50,406 nt of DNA, from IMG/VR virus record IMGVR_UViG_3300044477_000062, positions 1 through 50,406 of that record; one strand, 5' to 3'. The first letter of the stretch is position 1, and the number at the start of each line of letters is the position of its first letter. Positions 47,865-50,406 of this stretch are shown here, piece after piece. Source of the DNA: a virus. Taxonomy: Duplodnaviria; Caudoviricetes. Below the pieces are notes generated by a model. The model saw only the letters and a list, made by a program, of their open reading frames with translations. It ran no database searches and was not told where the DNA came from. The translations under genes and the position numbers were made by a program.

Positions 47865-48025
47865 TTTTTAAACCCTATGCTACCCCTAAGAAACCTTCTC
47901 AGATTAGCAATATTTTGCTTACCATATTCTTTTCCAATACCTTGAACCCTTCCAGTTAAAACAATTAGTCCATACATCCATTTTCTTGCAGGTTTAAGTC
48001 CAATTTTACAAAGTGACTTTTTCAC
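47861..48025 (-). CDS. 54-aa basic hypothetical protein (GTG start), not in ORF track
   Basis: GTGA and ATGA overlaps with neighbours; GGAGG upstream. Confidence 0.5.
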   Translation of the reverse strand: MKKSLCKIGLKPARKWMYGLIVLTGRVQGIGKEYGKQNIANLRRFLRGSIGFKK

Positions 48026-48450
48026 AATCCAAGCCCCTCCTTAGTAATTTTAAATATTCCCAATTGCCCCTTGTACGGAACTGGAATAAATGATCTTGGC
48101 TCACTTAAAACAAATCCGTACCTACCAAAAAACCACTTGCTACTACTATGTTCAACGCAATTTGTAATTGTAACACTTCCAACAATTGCACCTAACGGCT
48201 GATCTGTTATAAATTTATACCAGTTGTGAATGGCAAGTGGATTGTCGCAATTTTGTTTAACAAAAGGAAAATCGTCTAACTCTGGCTTTTTTCCTGCATG
48301 AATTAATATTCTACCTCTGAACTTTGTTGACCAGTCTCGATTCTCAATGTCCTTGCTTGCGTTAAGTATAGCCCATGCCCAAGGTTGCTTTATGCTAATA
48401 CATGGCGCACCGATCAAGCTTTCTTTATTGATCAAAACAAGATTGCTCAC
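48022..48450 (-). CDS. ASCH domain protein
   Basis: SIKQPWA.AI....KDIENR.W....RG.ILIHA, KGQLG. Confidence 0.9.
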   Translation of the reverse strand: MSNLVLINKESLIGAPCISIKQPWAWAILNASKDIENRDWSTKFRGRILIHAGKKPELDDFPFVKQNCDNPLAIHNWYKFITDQPLGAIVGSVTITNCVEHSSSKWFFGRYGFVLSEPRSFIPVPYKGQLGIFKITKEGLGL

Positions 48451-48659
48451 TTTCCAACCTTCTTTCTACAATCCAAACACAGATCGTGCTGATAAATTGG
48501 CTTATGCGATGGAACACGACTGATATGATACCATTTGCCATTGATCTGTTTTGCTCCACACTTAACACATTCTTTAACTGACTCAACCTTTTCAGGTTCG
48601 TTTTTAATTTGTTCGGTCATTGTTGCTCTTTCTATTTTACCAAAGGGAAATCTATGCAC
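48447..48659 (-). CDS. Small CxxC-CxxC protein
   Basis: CVKC...CLDC. Confidence 0.5.
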   Translation of the reverse strand: MHRFPFGKIERATMTEQIKNEPEKVESVKECVKCGAKQINGKWYHISRVPSHKPIYQHDLCLDCRKKVGK

Positions 48660-49105
48660 TTTATCAATGCAATATCTTCAAAATTAACACAAACTAAATT
48701 ATTAGAAGTATAGCATATTTTTAAAGTGATTGAATCGCCTGATACTGAGTCAACAACCCCGCAATATCGTAAACCGTTGCTTGACAGAGCTACTATTGAG
48801 CCTTTTTTAATAGCATTCTTATCAATTGTTGCAGGCTCTATATCTCTGTAGCACACTTCAGGCATATCAATAGGAACTCTTTTCCCTATGTTTACATCGC
48901 TGCTGTGCAGGCCAAATCCATCAAATTCAATATATTTTGCACCTTGAACAAAATCAGAAGGGCTCTTTAATATCCCAGTTCTTTGTTGAATTAGTGTAGT
49001 TTTATTTGCATCTTTTACATTGATGTTTTTATCTCTCAGTGCATTAACTATTTGCAAAGAAGTCTCGTTGCCATCAATAATCACTTCAAAAACATTCATA
49101 CTCAC
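48632..49105 (-). CDS. Hypothetical protein
   Basis: ORF in operon. Confidence 0.55.
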   Translation of the reverse strand: MSMNVFEVIIDGNETSLQIVNALRDKNINVKDANKTTLIQQRTGILKSPSDFVQGAKYIEFDGFGLHSSDVNIGKRVPIDMPEVCYRDIEPATIDKNAIKKGSIVALSSNGLRYCGVVDSVSGDSITLKICYTSNNLVCVNFEDIALIKCIDFPLVK

Positions 49106-49515
49106 CTCTCTATTATCTTAATACCAAACATAGCCTCAACAAGCTTCTTTTTCAAATTGTAAACAGGTGTTTTCATTCCCTTGTAATCAATCACCTCCTG
49201 TCTACCATCTGCATAAACAGCAACAAAATCAGCGTAATACTTACAAATCTTTTTCCCGTTTAATCCAATCTGAAATGGAACTTGTAATTTTAATTCCTTA
49301 ATTATTCCAACTGTTTTAAGTGCTTTTAATTGCCTGTACCCTTGTCCCTCCCGCTTCGAATCAAATGTGATTCCGTCAATTATAACTTTCTTGTTTCTAA
49401 ACTTTGAAGGCTTGGTAATTTTGTCTGAACGAACCTCGAAATGAGCCCGGATCTGATTTTTTAAATCTGGATTCATTGGAAATATTTCAAGCTGCTGTGG
49501 GTTTTTAATGTGCAT
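49102..49515 (-). CDS. DUF1064 family PD-(D/E)xK endonuclease
   Basis: DGITFDSKRE, LQVPF, Y.ADF, DYKGMKT..Y.LK.KL. Confidence 0.88.
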   Translation of the reverse strand: MHIKNPQQLEIFPMNPDLKNQIRAHFEVRSDKITKPSKFRNKKVIIDGITFDSKREGQGYRQLKALKTVGIIKELKLQVPFQIGLNGKKICKYYADFVAVYADGRQEVIDYKGMKTPVYNLKKKLVEAMFGIKIIER

Positions 49516-49790
49516 TATAATTTTATTCCAAACAAGTCAGAAGTAGCCATGTTTATTCTGTCGCATATATCATCAATATTTTCTTGTGTCAATGCAATTA
49601 ATTTTTGATCAGTGCAAACAATTGCAACTACATCAACAGGTTCAACCCTTGTACTTTTTGGAAAGACTTTTCCTTGACCGCCAAAACCGTCTCTTTCCAG
49701 TATGCGACAAACTGATTCGGCCTGATCTTGCGTATCATGCGTATCTTCAGTTGTAAAATCGCCCCATTCTGCTATTGATTTGTATTTCAT
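49515..49790 (-). CDS. Hypothetical protein
   Basis: ORF in operon. Confidence 0.55.
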   Translation of the reverse strand: MKYKSIAEWGDFTTEDTHDTQDQAESVCRILERDGFGGQGKVFPKSTRVEPVDVVAIVCTDQKLIALTQENIDDICDRINMATSDLFGIKL

Positions 49791-49805
49791 TTCCCATTAA
49801 TCCAG

Positions 49806-49988
49806 TCAATAACAAACCATTTCAGGCAAGTCAACTTCCACACAATCCAGTTCTTTAAATTCTTCAATCTGAACAGCACTTGTCATTTCCTTCCCGCAAC
49901 AACCACAAAGAACATTACCTTTTTCAGAAGTTATCCATTCAAATCCGCATTGACATTTGTATAAAATGCGATTGTCATTTTTCTTCAT
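49806..49988 (-). CDS. Small zinc-ribbon protein
   Basis: YKCQCG...CGCCG. Confidence 0.55.
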   Translation of the reverse strand: MKKNDNRILYKCQCGFEWITSEKGNVLCGCCGKEMTSAVQIEEFKELDCVEVDLPEMVCY

Positions 49989-50092
49989 GCGAAATTATCT
50001 CGTTCAACGTTTTGAAGAACTTGAACACAATAAAAGCAGTTATTGACAAAAACGCGATAACACATAATAGAATGACAATCCACATTTTAATT

Positions 50093-50406
50093 TTAAACCC
50101 TTTCATCCCAAACCCGCATAGCTCCACCAAACTGTATCTCGCAAGGTGCAACTCCGGATGGTTGATCATTTCTTGATCTCAATGGAAATTTTGACCAGCT
50201 CAAACTAACCGAATTTAAAACAATCTCGCAAAATTCAGAACAGTACATTTTCGATGGAACGTTGACATGGCCGGGAAGGTTTAAACCTTCATAAATAAAG
50301 TTAAATAGCTCTGGAACCGAATATTTCAACGTGCCAGTATAATGAACAGTCTTGATAAATTCATTCAGCTTGTCAATATTGCGATCTGTCAAGCACTGGT
50401 GTCTCC
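50093..50406 (-). CDS. C-terminal part of a permuted papain-like (YiiX/YaeF-type) protein, truncated at window edge
   Basis: RH..LT..., KY, KMYCSEF and ..P..I motifs; frame open to the edge. Confidence 0.55.
   Translation of the reverse strand, partial: RHQCLTDRNIDKLNEFIKTVHYTGTLKYSVPELFNFIYEGLNLPGHVNVPSKMYCSEFCEIVLNSVSLSWSKFPLRSRNDQPSGVAPCEIQFGGAMRVWDERV

Larger units (their letters stand above)
1..50406 (-). mobile_element. Temperate siphovirus-like phage/prophage genome segment
   Basis: Ordered terminase-portal-protease-capsid-neck-tail-TMP-Dit-Tal-fibre module, CI/Cro pair, replication and recombination genes; no host housekeeping genes. Confidence 0.95.

Noticed and set aside
1-50406. 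Window as a complete circular genome
   Set aside because: Joining the ends would put a stop just upstream of the YiiX-like C-terminal fragment, which appears to lack its N-terminal half; no terminal repeat or integrase is seen
1-50406. tRNA genes or alternative genetic code
   Set aside because: No cloverleaf recognised; genes tile densely under the standard code using all three stop codons

Overview
The window is a large part of a temperate siphovirus-type (long non-contractile tail) phage or prophage genome, almost all on the minus strand. Read in transcription order it contains: small accessory genes with an M15 endolysin (50.4-43.8 kb); terS/terL, a portal-MuF fusion, HK97-type protease and capsid (43.4-36.9 kb); a head-tail/tail module (36.8-11.5 kb); holin-like genes; a CI/Cro switch; and replication, recombination and helicase-methylase genes (8.4-0 kb). 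Genes at both edges are truncated and no integrase is visible. The most unusual region is 23.9-34.3 kb. Three glycosyltransferases, one carrying motifs typical of polypeptide GalNAc-transferases, and two SAM methyltransferases are translationally coupled within the virion genes. They flank a tail-terminator-like protein bearing a ~290-residue mucin-like Ser-rich stalk with a CE2-like SGNH esterase, and a major tail protein with a 9-Ser insertion. A GH10 glycoside hydrolase lies nearby. The leading hypothesis is a phage-encoded virion O-glycosylation system combined with virion-displayed polysaccharide-degrading enzymes. Also visible are a -1 frameshift in the tail chaperone and a triple-operator promoter cassette present three times. 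All family assignments are from motif recognition by eye; no database searches were run.
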